Assembly: GCA_024644005.1 (NCBI GenBank) | Contig: JAHELU010000001.1 | Location: forward strand, 1-53,842 | Length of the DNA: 53,842 nucleotides | From: Acidimicrobiales bacterium | Lineage (GTDB): Bacteria; Actinomycetota; Acidimicrobiia; Acidimicrobiales; SZUA-35 | Reading direction: 5' to 3' | Shown here: positions 19,247-28,242 of the stretch, piece by piece | Numbering within the stretch: the first letter of the stretch is position 1 | Layout: the number at the start of each line of letters is the position of its first letter | The notes under the pieces: generated by a model | The model's input: only the letters and a program-made list of their open reading frames with translations | The model's database searches: none | Told to the model about the DNA's origin: nothing | Made by a program: the position numbers and the translations under genes

Positions 19247-20570
19247 GGGGCCTCGCCTCGGCCCGGTCGAGGCGCTCGCCGGCGGCGAGCACCGCGCTCA
19301 CCACCGTCGCCGGATCGGCGAGCGGGTTGGCCGCCACCGATCGCAGCCATGTCCGACCACCGATGTCGACCGTGGACACGACGGCCCCGGCCAGCTCGGC
19401 CCGTATCGCCGCCGACCCGTGGTAGCGGTGGCGCCAGGCGACGACACCGCTGTGGTTCGGGCCGAATCGGGCCAACCGGGGCTCGGCGTCGATCAGCTCG
19501 ACCAACCGGTCGGCCACGGCCATCCCGTGGTCGACGAGTCCTTCCACGCCATCGAGGCCGAGGGCGAGCAGCGTGGCCGCCAGCGGGGCGGCCGTGGCGC
19601 CGTGACTCCCGAGCAGCCCGAGGTTCGGGACCTGGAGGTAGGCCTCGTCGACGCTGACCGCCCGGTGGGCCCGTTCGGCATCCGCGAAGAGGACGACCGC
19701 CGATTCCTTCGGCTGGAACAGCCACTTGTGGGCCGACACGGCCACCGAGTCGGCTCGACCGATGCCGTCGAGCCGGTGCCGGTGGCGCCGGGAGAACCGG
19801 AGCGGTCCGGCCCATGCGGCGTCGACGTGGAGCCATGCCGGCCGGTGGGCGCCCGCGCCCGGGTCGAGCTCGTCGATGGCCCCGGTTCCCGTGGTGCCGG
19901 CGGTGGCGACCAGGATCGTCGTCCGGGGATCCAGCGCCGTCCCCCCGCCGCGGCCCGACGACCCGGGTGCTGAGCGGGCGAACCGGTCCGCGACGTCGGC
20001 GGCCGACAGCGCACCGTCGACGGTCGGTTCGATGGCGGCGTAGCGTAGCCCCAGGATGGCCGCAGCCTTGCGGATCGAGAGATGGCTGGACGTCGAGGCT
20101 GCCACCGTCGAGGCACCGGTCAGCTCGCGCGCCGCCCACAGGGCGGTCAGGTTGGCCACCGTCGAGCCCGGGACCAGGTGTCCGCCGGACATGGCGAAGA
20201 CCGGGCTGAGCCAGTCGACGACGCGCCGCTCCAGCTCCCGGGCCGCCGGAGCGGTGTCGGGATGGAGCAGGTTCTGATTGGTCGACGCCGCGAGCAGCGT
20301 CGCCACCCAGGTCGGCCACGGCGTCGGTGGGTCCATGTGGGCGAGGAAGCCCGGGTCACCCAGATCGCGGGCAGCGCCCCGTACATAGGGCGTCACGAGG
20401 GCCAGGGCCCGTTCCGCCCCGACCCCGGGGCCAGCGAGGCGGCCCGGCAGCTCGAGTGTCGTCGCCTCGTCGGACAGCGCGGCGGCCACCGCCGCGGCCA
20501 CGGCCTCGGGCTCGGCCCGGAACAGCGCCCGCAGATCCTCCGCCAGTACGTGGGGTGGTTGGTCGTTCAT
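19230..20570 (-). CDS. PLP-dependent (group II) amino-acid decarboxylase family protein
   Basis: 446 aa. The PLP-lysine context is SAHKWLFQPKESAVVLF. The substrate is not inferable. Confidence 0.8.
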   Translation of the reverse strand: MNDQPPHVLAEDLRALFRAEPEAVAAAVAAALSDEATTLELPGRLAGPGVGAERALALVTPYVRGAARDLGDPGFLAHMDPPTPWPTWVATLLAASTNQNLLHPDTAPAARELERRVVDWLSPVFAMSGGHLVPGSTVANLTALWAARELTGASTVAASTSSHLSIRKAAAILGLRYAAIEPTVDGALSAADVADRFARSAPGSSGRGGGTALDPRTTILVATAGTTGTGAIDELDPGAGAHRPAWLHVDAAWAGPLRFSRRHRHRLDGIGRADSVAVSAHKWLFQPKESAVVLFADAERAHRAVSVDEAYLQVPNLGLLGSHGATAAPLAATLLALGLDGVEGLVDHGMAVADRLVELIDAEPRLARFGPNHSGVVAWRHRYHGSAAIRAELAGAVVSTVDIGGRTWLRSVAANPLADPATVVSAVLAAGERLDRAEARPQRPES

Positions 20571-20577
20571 CGCGTCG

Positions 20578-20583
20578 AGACTA
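20578..20583 (-). promoter_or_regulatory. -10 box TAGTCT, 7 nt upstream of ATG 20570 (leaderless-type)
   Basis: The reverse strand reads caTAGTCTcgacgcgATG. Confidence 0.5.
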
Positions 20584-20597
20584 TGGCCGGCCGGCCA

Positions 20598-21575
20598 TCA
20601 GCCGGTCTCGGAGGCTCCCCCGGGTGCGAACCGTCGCGCTCCGGCCACCAAGCCGGCCACGAGTCGGTCGGTGGCGGGATCGGTCGGCGATCCCCGGCGC
20701 TGGGCCACCACCAGCCGCCGGGTGAGCAGCGGCCGGCGGCGGGCCCGGAGCAGCGGGGTCGGCTCGGCCTCGGCCTGGAGGACCGGGAGCACGGTCCAGC
20801 CGAGGCCGAAGTGGACCAGCTGCCGCAGCACCTCGGGCTGGTGGGACTCGGCCTCCACCCGGAAGTCGTTGCCGAGCCGCCGCAGCGCCGCGGCGATGTG
20901 CCGCCTCGTGTGCGACGGGGGAGGGAACGTGACCCACGGTCCCCAGGTCGCCGGGCTGTCGATTCGCTGTCCGGTACCGGGAGGGCCGACCGGGGCGTAG
21001 ATGGCCAGTTCCTCGGTCAGCAGCTCTCGGGTGGTCAACCCATCTCGATCCGCATCCCCCGCCCCGGTCGGTCCGAGCGACGCCTGGCCGCCGACCGACG
21101 GCGGCTCGACGATCACCGCTGCATCCAGGCGGCCGTCGAGGAGCTGATCGACCAGCGTTGCCGACGGGGCCACGGTGAGCCGGAGGTCCACATCGGGCCG
21201 CTCGGTCCGGAACTCGACGAGGGTGTCGGGGAAGTAGTGCACCGCCGCGATGTCGATGAGGCCGAGCCGGACCTCACCACGCTCGCCCTCCGCAGCGGCG
21301 TTGGCCCAGACCGTGAGGTCGCGGGTGGCGGCCAGTATCCGCTCGCAGCGGGCGAGGGCCTCCCGGCCCTGGGCCGTGAGTGCACGGTTCCGGCCCCGGC
21401 GCTCGAACAACGTCAGCCCGAGCTTTCGCTCCAGCTCCGACAGGCCCTGACTCAGCGCCGATGGACTGATCCGCAGCTCCCGGGCGGCGTCGGCCATGGT
21501 GGGCCAGCGGTCGACGGCCAACAGGTACTGGAGCTGGTGGGTGGTGAGGTTCAGCAGGGGAGGGGGCTGGGACAT
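20598..21575 (-). CDS. LysR-family transcriptional regulator
   Basis: N-terminal HTH region LQYLLAVDRWPTMADAARELRISPSALSQGLSELERKLGLTLFER. Confidence 0.9.
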   Translation of the reverse strand: MSQPPPLLNLTTHQLQYLLAVDRWPTMADAARELRISPSALSQGLSELERKLGLTLFERRGRNRALTAQGREALARCERILAATRDLTVWANAAAEGERGEVRLGLIDIAAVHYFPDTLVEFRTERPDVDLRLTVAPSATLVDQLLDGRLDAAVIVEPPSVGGQASLGPTGAGDADRDGLTTRELLTEELAIYAPVGPPGTGQRIDSPATWGPWVTFPPPSHTRRHIAAALRRLGNDFRVEAESHQPEVLRQLVHFGLGWTVLPVLQAEAEPTPLLRARRRPLLTRRLVVAQRRGSPTDPATDRLVAGLVAGARRFAPGGASETG

Positions 21576-21647
21576 GGTTCAGGACACGGTTGGGGACATG
21601 GTTCGGGACACGGTTCGGGACATGGTTCGGGACATGGTTCGGGACAT
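21576..21647. repeat. 12-bp microsatellite, six units (GGTTCGGGACAT and variants), abutting the LysR start codon
   Basis: Units start at 21576, 21588, 21600, 21612, 21624 and 21636, and the last three are identical. The LysR strand reads (ATG/GTG)TCCCGAACC, in frame with the LysR ATG. Confidence 0.9.
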
Positions 21648-21686
21648 GGTCCAGGTTCGGTTACGAAAGGTTCAGTAATCCTTCAC

Positions 21687-21692
21687 TATACT
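21687..21692 (+). promoter_or_regulatory. Candidate -10 box TATACT for ino1
   Basis: It lies in an AT-rich stretch (21660-21726), 35 nt upstream of ATG 21727. Confidence 0.4.
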
Positions 21693-21726
21693 GCTTTTCG
21701 ATTCAGATTTCCTTAGATTGAAGCAC

Positions 21727-23034
21727 ATGACGAACAACGCTTCCACTACTCCTTCCCCCACCCCTTCGGCCGTCGCCGAGCCGACCGGCACGCTCGGCGT
21801 GCTCCTGCCCGGCCTCGGTGCCGTCGCCTCCACCTTCATCGCCGGGGTCCTGGCCGCCCGGAACGGGCTCAAGCCACCGATCGGATCGATCAGCCAGCTG
21901 GGCCGCCTACCGGCCAGCGGCACCGCCGGCGAGCGGCGGATCCTCGACGGCGTGCCGCTCGCCGCGCTCGACGACCTCGTCTTCGGTGGCTGGGATCCGA
22001 TCTCGGCCAACGGCCTCGAGGCGGCCACCACCGCCCGGGTGCTCGACGAGCGGGATCTGGACGAGATCTCCGGCCAGCTCGAGGCGGTCGTCGCGATGGA
22101 CGCCGTCTTCGACCGGCGCTGGGTCAAGCGGCTCGACGGCCATCGGGTCAAGACCGAGACGACGAAGTGGGACCAGGCCCTGGCGCTCGTCGACGACATC
22201 GAGCGATTCCGCGCCGCCAACGACTGTGACCGGCTGGTCATGATCTGGTGCGGCTCGACCGAGGCCTACCAGGAGCCGAGCGACGTCCACCAGACCGTCG
22301 CCGCCTTCGAGGAAGGGCTCAAGGCCGACGACGACAACATCTCCCCGAGCCAGATCTACGCCTATGCGGCGCTGCAGGCCGGCGTCCCGTTCGCCAACGG
22401 GGCGCCGAACCTCTCGGTCGACCTGCCGTGCATGCAGGAACTGGCGGCGGAGCGGCGGGTACCGATCGCCGGCAAGGACTTCAAGACCGGCCAGACGCTC
22501 ATGAAGACCCTCATCGCCCCCGGTCTGAAGGCCAGGATGCTGGGCCTGCGAGGCTGGTACTCGACCAACATCCTCGGCAACCGCGACGGCCAGGTGCTCG
22601 ACGATCCCGACAACTTCAAGACGAAGGAGACGTCGAAGCTCGGGGTCCTGGACACGATCCTCGAACCCGAGAACTACCCCGAGCTGTACGGCGAGATCGA
22701 TCACGTCGTCAGGATCAACTACTACCCACCCCGCGGCGACAACAAGGAGGGATGGGACGCGATCGACATCTTCGGTTGGATGGGATACCCGATGGAGATC
22801 AAGGTCGACTTCTCCTGCCGGGACTCGATCCTGGCGGCCCCGCTCGTTCTCGACCTCGTCCTGTTCATGGACCTGGCGGCCAGGGCTGGCAGCTCGGGCA
22901 TCCAGGAGTGGTTGAGCTTCTACTTCAAGGCTCCCCAGACGGTATCCGGCCAGAAGGCGCGGCACGACCTGTTCGAGCAGCAGGACAACCTGTTGGCGCA
23001 CCTCGAGCAACTGGCGGACCCGGCGGCCTCCTGA
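21727..23034 (+). CDS. ino1: myo-Inositol-1-phosphate (inositol-3-phosphate) synthase
   Basis: Motifs IWCGSTEAY, FANGAPNL, AGKDFKTGQTLMKT and TNILGNRDG. The TTG at 21718 is also in frame. Confidence 0.85.
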   Translation: MTNNASTTPSPTPSAVAEPTGTLGVLLPGLGAVASTFIAGVLAARNGLKPPIGSISQLGRLPASGTAGERRILDGVPLAALDDLVFGGWDPISANGLEAATTARVLDERDLDEISGQLEAVVAMDAVFDRRWVKRLDGHRVKTETTKWDQALALVDDIERFRAANDCDRLVMIWCGSTEAYQEPSDVHQTVAAFEEGLKADDDNISPSQIYAYAALQAGVPFANGAPNLSVDLPCMQELAAERRVPIAGKDFKTGQTLMKTLIAPGLKARMLGLRGWYSTNILGNRDGQVLDDPDNFKTKETSKLGVLDTILEPENYPELYGEIDHVVRINYYPPRGDNKEGWDAIDIFGWMGYPMEIKVDFSCRDSILAAPLVLDLVLFMDLAARAGSSGIQEWLSFYFKAPQTVSGQKARHDLFEQQDNLLAHLEQLADPAAS

Positions 23035-23072
23035 CGGCGCACGCCGTCGCACCCGGCGCACGCCGTCGCAGC
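23035..23072. repeat. 19-bp tandem duplication CGGCGCACGCCGTCGCA(C/G)C immediately after the ino1 stop
   Basis: Copies start at 23035 and 23054. Confidence 0.7.
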
Positions 23073-23122
23073 CGAACGGGGGCCCTACCACGATGCGCCC
23101 ACTGCGTCGAACTGGCCGGGCG

Positions 23123-23142
23123 CCCCGCTCGGCGGAGCGGGG
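23123..23142 (+). terminator. Stem-loop CCCCGCTC-GGCG-GAGCGGGG downstream of ino1
   Basis: Perfect 8-bp GC stem. No U-tract follows (next bases are AATAGTGG). Confidence 0.35.
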
Positions 23143-23231
23143 AATAGTGGCAAGCGGACTTGCGACACGGGCGCCGAGTTTGGAAGGGTGCAGATATCGC
23201 ACAGGGCGAGCGGATTGGCGAGGAGGGTCAG

Positions 23232-23984
23232 GTGCAACCACGTCGCAACGGCTGGCTCCTCGTGCCGAGCCCGCTGCTCGGGCCCGCCAGCTGGGAGCCG
23301 GTGGCCGATGTCATGGCCGAGCTGGGTCAACCGTCGGCCATCGCCGACCCGACGATGACGAAGCGGGACGACCTCGATCACATCACACCGTGGCTGAACG
23401 ACATCCTCGCCATGAAGCCGCCGACCGCCGAGGTGCCGACGGTGGTGGTGGCCCACTCCGCCGCCTGCCCCAGGACGCCGCTCCTGGTCCACCAGCTGCT
23501 GCACAAGGGTTGGTCGATCGAGGCCATGATCCTCGTCGACGGACGATTCCCCGACGGCCGAGCCTTCACCGTCTCCGCCCCCCACTACGGTACGATGCTC
23601 GACGGCATGGTCCGGCCGGACGACTATCTCCCGCCCTGGCCCCGGTGGTGGGGATCGTTGGTGGAGGGTCTCGTGGTCGATCCGGTGGCGAGGGACCTGG
23701 TGTTCAACGAGGCGTCCCCCGTGCCCCGCTCGTGGTTCGATCAGGGCTGCCCGGTGCCGGAGCTGCCACCACATGTCGGTCGGGGCTTCCTCTCCTTCGG
23801 TCCCGGTTACAACGATGCCTGCGACCGGGCCCACGACGCGGGCTGGTTGACCGCCAGGCTGAACGGCGACCACCTGCACCAGGTGGTGAACCCTGGCGCC
23901 GTGGCGGCCACCCTGCGGGCCATGGTGGCCGGCATGACCGGCGGTCGAGGCCGACCTGGCGACGACAGCCCAGACCAGCCGTAG
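23232..23984 (+). CDS. Alpha/beta-hydrolase-like hypothetical protein
   Basis: The GTG at 23232 is preceded by GGAGG. VVVAHSAAC resembles a nucleophile elbow. The family assignment is weak. Confidence 0.5.
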   Translation: MQPRRNGWLLVPSPLLGPASWEPVADVMAELGQPSAIADPTMTKRDDLDHITPWLNDILAMKPPTAEVPTVVVAHSAACPRTPLLVHQLLHKGWSIEAMILVDGRFPDGRAFTVSAPHYGTMLDGMVRPDDYLPPWPRWWGSLVEGLVVDPVARDLVFNEASPVPRSWFDQGCPVPELPPHVGRGFLSFGPGYNDACDRAHDAGWLTARLNGDHLHQVVNPGAVAATLRAMVAGMTGGRGRPGDDSPDQP

Positions 23985-24064
23985 CGGGGCAGGCGAGACC
24001 CTCACGGCATCACCCGGCAGCCTGTCTAGGCTGGATCGACGATGCCTCGACACCCGTGCCGACG

Positions 24065-24871
24065 ATGACGGATCGACCGTGGCCGGCAGTCGTCGAGCGG
24101 CTGGTCGCCTGCTCCGAGGAACCGTCGGTCGCCCGGGGGCCGGACCGTTGGTCGGTCGGACCGCTGACCGTTCGTCGATTCCCCGATGACCGATCGCGGC
24201 AGGCCACCGTGGCTCTGCTCGACCGACTGGCCGGATCGGCCCCGTTCGCCGTGCCGACGATCGTCGGCGAGGCCGGGCGCTGGCTCGTGACGGCACGGCC
24301 GGACGGTCACCCCGCCGACCGGCCGGAGCTGCACGCCGACCCCGACGAGCTCGTCACGGCGGTCGGGGCCGGGCTGAAGGCCCTGCACGATCTCCCGCTG
24401 TCGGCGCTCCGGGCCGACGACGGCGCCCGGCCGCCCGAAGGCTGGCCGGCGGTGGCCGAGCGGTGTCGGGCCGCCGTTGCCGATGGTCTCGTCGATTCGG
24501 CCGCCCTGCCAGGACCATACGATCGGTACCGGCCGGACGAGCTGCTGGCCATGCTGATCGGCGGCCGCCCATCGGCCGAGGACCTGGTCTGCTGTCACGG
24601 GTCACCGTCGGCCGGCATGCTGCTCGTGGCGGGCGGTCGCTTCGTCGGGTTCGACGGCATCGAGTCCGCGCTCGTCGCCGATCGGCACCTCGATCTGGCC
24701 GTCGCCCACCAGAGCGTGCAGCACCACCTCGGGCCGGAGGCGGTGTTCCGGCTCTACGACGCCTATGGCGGCGATCCCGATGTCATCAGGCTCGACCACT
24801 ATGTCCTGGCCAGCCACCTGCTCGGGCTCGGTGTCCACCGAGACGAAGCGGGCGAGGCCATGCCGCGGTGA
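24065..24871 (+). CDS. Aminoglycoside-3'-phosphotransferase-like (APH/ChoK fold) protein with substituted catalytic residues
   Basis: CCHGSPSAGMLLVAGGRFVGFDGIESALVADRHLDLA aligns by eye with the APH(3') segment [35 protein letters not shown]. The start is internal to track ORF 23093. Confidence 0.7.
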   Translation: MTDRPWPAVVERLVACSEEPSVARGPDRWSVGPLTVRRFPDDRSRQATVALLDRLAGSAPFAVPTIVGEAGRWLVTARPDGHPADRPELHADPDELVTAVGAGLKALHDLPLSALRADDGARPPEGWPAVAERCRAAVADGLVDSAALPGPYDRYRPDELLAMLIGGRPSAEDLVCCHGSPSAGMLLVAGGRFVGFDGIESALVADRHLDLAVAHQSVQHHLGPEAVFRLYDAYGGDPDVIRLDHYVLASHLLGLGVHRDEAGEAMPR

Positions 24872-25785
24872 CGTCGCCACGGGGCCCGCTGGTCATCGTC
24901 GGTCCGACCGCGACGGGCAAGTCGTCCCTCGCCATCGAATTGGCCCGCCGGGTCCCGTCGAGCGAGATCGTCTCGGCCGATGCGATGGCGGTCTACCGGG
25001 GCATGGACATCGGGACCGCGAAACCGACCCCGGCCGAGCGGGCGGAGATCCCCCATCACCTGATCGACGTCCTCGCGCCGGACGAGGACTACACGGTGGC
25101 CCGGTTCGCCGGCGAGGCGGCAGCGGTCATCGACGAGATCGAGCGCGCAGGCGGACGGCCGATCATCGTCGGCGGGACCGGGCTCTACGTTCGGGCCGTC
25201 GTCGACGACTTCACCGTCCCCGGCCAGTTTCCGGCGGTCAGGGCGGAGCTGGAGGCCGTCGGCGACACCGGCGCGCTGTGGCAGCGGCTGCAGGCGCTCG
25301 ATCCCGGGGCGGCCGAGAAGATGCTCCCCGGCAACCGGCGCCGCATCGTCCGGGCGCTCGAGGTGACGGTCGGGTCCGGTCGACCGTTCTCGTCGTTCGG
25401 TCCGGGGGTCGACCACTACGGGCCGACGAGATTCCGGCTGGCCGGGCTCGAGATCGACCGTGACGAGCTGGATCGCCGGATCGCCGCCCGCTACCGGACG
25501 CAGTTGGCCGACGGATTCCTCGACGAGGTCGAGCGGCTGGCCTCGGCCGGTCTGTCCCGGACCGCTTCCCAGGCCCTCGGCTACCGGGAGCTGGTCGACC
25601 ACCTCCACGGTCTGGCCACCCTCGACGAGGCGATCGACGAGGCGGTCCGGCGAACCAGGCGATTCGCCCGCCGCCAGCAGCGCTGGTTCCGCCGCGACCC
25701 CCGCATCACCTGGTTCCCTGCGGAAGCGCCCGACCTGGTCGATCGGGTGCTGGACTGGTGGACCGACGGCGGGGCCGGCCGGTGA
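24868..25785 (+). CDS. miaA: tRNA dimethylallyltransferase
   Basis: Motifs LVIVGPTATGKSSLAIELA and MDIGTAKPT. The GTG at 24868 overlaps the upstream stop (GTGA). Confidence 0.92.
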   Translation: MTSPRGPLVIVGPTATGKSSLAIELARRVPSSEIVSADAMAVYRGMDIGTAKPTPAERAEIPHHLIDVLAPDEDYTVARFAGEAAAVIDEIERAGGRPIIVGGTGLYVRAVVDDFTVPGQFPAVRAELEAVGDTGALWQRLQALDPGAAEKMLPGNRRRIVRALEVTVGSGRPFSSFGPGVDHYGPTRFRLAGLEIDRDELDRRIAARYRTQLADGFLDEVERLASAGLSRTASQALGYRELVDHLHGLATLDEAIDEAVRRTRRFARRQQRWFRRDPRITWFPAEAPDLVDRVLDWWTDGGAGR

Positions 25786-25920
25786 CCGACACACGCCGCT
25801 CGAGCGGCCCTCCGGCCGGCCGGCCGGTGATCCGCCCACCGCTCGAAGCCGCCCGCCGGCAAGGCCGGACCGGTTATCTGCATGCGGTTTCCGGTCGATT
25901 GCTGCGACACTGGAGAACGT

Positions 25921-26814
25921 ATGATCTCGCCCGCCCGATCCGACCCGGCGACCACCGTGTTGACCAAGCACCACGGTCTCGGCAACGACTTCCTGATCGC
26001 GCTCGACCCCGGGCGCCGGCCAGACGGGTCCGACGCCCGTCGCTGGTGCGACCGCCACACCGGCATCGGTGCGGACGGCCTGATCCTGGCGTTCGGAGAG
26101 GACGGGCCGGATGGTGAGCCGGGACGGCGCTGGCGCATGGTGCTGTGGAACGCAGATGGCGGTCGGGCCGAGCTGAGCGGCAACGGCATCCGCTGCCTCG
26201 GACAGGCCATCGCCGAGCACCTGGCGCTCGACCGGTCGATCGACCAGGACCTGGTCGTCGCCACCGACGCCGGCACCAGGGCGGTGACCGTGCAGGCCGG
26301 CGGATCGCCGGCGGGCGACGTGGTCCGGGTCGGCATGGGCAAGGCGGTCGAGGGGCCGGCGGTCAGCGAGCGCTGGTCCGATGCCGGGGTCGAGGTCGTG
26401 ACCCAGTGGGGGGTCGACATCGGCAACCCCCACCTCGTCGCCGTGGTCGAATCGCTCGGATCGGCCGACATGTCGATCATCGGGCCGATCGTCGAGGCCG
26501 ACCACCCCGGGGGCCTGAACGTCCACCTGGTGGAGGTGATCGACCGCGGTCGGCTGGAGCTGGCGACGTGGGAGCGGGGGGCCGGCGTCACGAGGGCATG
26601 CGGGTCCGGGGCCTGCGCCGCCGCCTGGGCCGCCAACCGGGCCGGGCTGGTCGAGGCGACCGTCGCCGTGGCCATGCCCGGCGGTACCGCCCTGATCGAG
26701 CTGAGCGATGACGACATCTTCCTCAGCGGCCCTACCGTCCGGGTGGCGGAGATCCGTCCGACCGCCGATCGGGGTCCGGACGAGACCCGCCCCGGAGGTG
26801 GATCCGGTGAGTGA
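25921..26814 (+). CDS. dapF: Diaminopimelate epimerase
   Basis: Motifs HGLGNDF, GNGIRC, GNPHLV and ACGSGACAAA. Confidence 0.9.
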   Translation: MISPARSDPATTVLTKHHGLGNDFLIALDPGRRPDGSDARRWCDRHTGIGADGLILAFGEDGPDGEPGRRWRMVLWNADGGRAELSGNGIRCLGQAIAEHLALDRSIDQDLVVATDAGTRAVTVQAGGSPAGDVVRVGMGKAVEGPAVSERWSDAGVEVVTQWGVDIGNPHLVAVVESLGSADMSIIGPIVEADHPGGLNVHLVEVIDRGRLELATWERGAGVTRACGSGACAAAWAANRAGLVEATVAVAMPGGTALIELSDDDIFLSGPTVRVAEIRPTADRGPDETRPGGGSGE

Positions 26815-28186
26815 CCGGTCGCCGTCGGACGATCAGGCGTTCCTCGACGAGCTCGACCGGCTCGAAGCGGCCGGCGATCACCGTGGCGCGTTCGGCGAGT
26901 ACGGGGCCACGGTCGAGTCCGGCTTCCTCGATCAGAGCTTCCGGGAGCGCATCGTGCTCGTCGGGGTCACGGTGGCCGGCCAGTCGGCGACCGACACCGC
27001 TGAATCGCTCGACGAGCTGGAGCTGCTGGTGGACACCGCCGGGGCCGACGCCCTCGATCGGGTGGTCCAGCGGCGGGAACGGCCGGATCCGGGCACGTTC
27101 GTCGGGAGAGGCAAGGTCCAGGAGATCCGCGACTCGTCGCTGGCCATCGACGCCGACACGGTCGTCTTCGACGACGAGCTCAGCCCCGGCCAGCAGTTCA
27201 ACCTGGAGCGGATGCTGGAGCGGACCGCCCTCGATCGGACCGCGGTCATCCTCGACATCTTCGCCCAGCACGCCACCTCGGCCGAGGGCAAGGCCCAGGT
27301 CGAGCTGGCCCAGCTGCGGTATCGGCTGCCTCGGCTCCGCAACAAGAAGGACCACAGCCAGCAGGCCGGCGGCATCGGCACCAGGGGTCCCGGTGAGACC
27401 CAGCTCGAGGTCGACCGGCGGCGGGTGGTCCGTCGGATGCACAAGCTCGAGCGGGACCTGGCCGGCATATCGGCTCGCCGGACCAACCAGCGCAAGGCCC
27501 GTCATCGATCGCCATACCGCACGGTGTCGATCGTCGGCTACACCAACGCAGGCAAGTCGTCGCTGCTGCACCGTCTGACCGGGGCCGACGTACGGGTCGA
27601 GGACCGTCTCTTCGCCACGCTCGATCCGACCACCAGGAAGCTGCAACTCCCCGGCGGGGAGCAGATCCTGGTCACCGACACCGTCGGGTTCGTCAAGAAG
27701 CTGCCCCACCAGCTGGTCGAGGCGTTCAAGTCGACCCTCGAGGTGTCGGCCGGCGCCGATCTGCTGATCCACGTCGTCGACGGCTCCGCCGTCAATCCCG
27801 AGGCCCACATGGACGCGGTCCGGCAGGTTCTCGGCGAGATCGACGCCGAGGAGATCCCCCAGCTGATCGTGTTCAACAAGGCCGATCTGTCGCCGGAGGC
27901 GAAGCGGCTGGCCGATCATCAGCCGGGCTCGGTGGCGGTCTCGGCCACCACCGGCGAGGGGATCGACGACCTGCTGGCGGCGATCGGCGATCGGCTGCGG
28001 GAGCCGACCGATGTCTACGAGCTGTTCGTTCCCTGGGCCAGGGGCGATATTCTGGCCGCCGCCCACCGGGAGGGCGAAGTGCTGACCGAGACCACCGAGG
28101 ACGATGGCATGCGTCTCCTGGCCAGGTTCGAGCCAGCTTCGGCCAACCGGCTCGGCGACTTCGTGATCCGCCGGCTCGAGGACTGA
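26807..28186 (+). CDS. hflX: GTPase HflX
   Basis: Motifs GKVQEIRD, G1 GYTNAGKSS, DTVGF and NKAD. The GTG at 26807 follows GGAGG, and the GTG at 26798 is also possible. Confidence 0.9.
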   Translation: MSDRSPSDDQAFLDELDRLEAAGDHRGAFGEYGATVESGFLDQSFRERIVLVGVTVAGQSATDTAESLDELELLVDTAGADALDRVVQRRERPDPGTFVGRGKVQEIRDSSLAIDADTVVFDDELSPGQQFNLERMLERTALDRTAVILDIFAQHATSAEGKAQVELAQLRYRLPRLRNKKDHSQQAGGIGTRGPGETQLEVDRRRVVRRMHKLERDLAGISARRTNQRKARHRSPYRTVSIVGYTNAGKSSLLHRLTGADVRVEDRLFATLDPTTRKLQLPGGEQILVTDTVGFVKKLPHQLVEAFKSTLEVSAGADLLIHVVDGSAVNPEAHMDAVRQVLGEIDAEEIPQLIVFNKADLSPEAKRLADHQPGSVAVSATTGEGIDDLLAAIGDRLREPTDVYELFVPWARGDILAAAHREGEVLTETTEDDGMRLLARFEPASANRLGDFVIRRLED

Positions 28187-28242
28187 GCAGTATCAGTATC
28201 GATGCCGGCGAGCACGCCGAGCAGCGCACCGTCGAACAGGGA

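Noticed and set aside
20082-21716. 544-aa + strand ORF ending in a (GHGS)n tail.
   Set aside because: It is antisense to the well-supported PLP-decarboxylase and LysR genes. The GHGS tail is simply the 12-bp microsatellite read in another frame.
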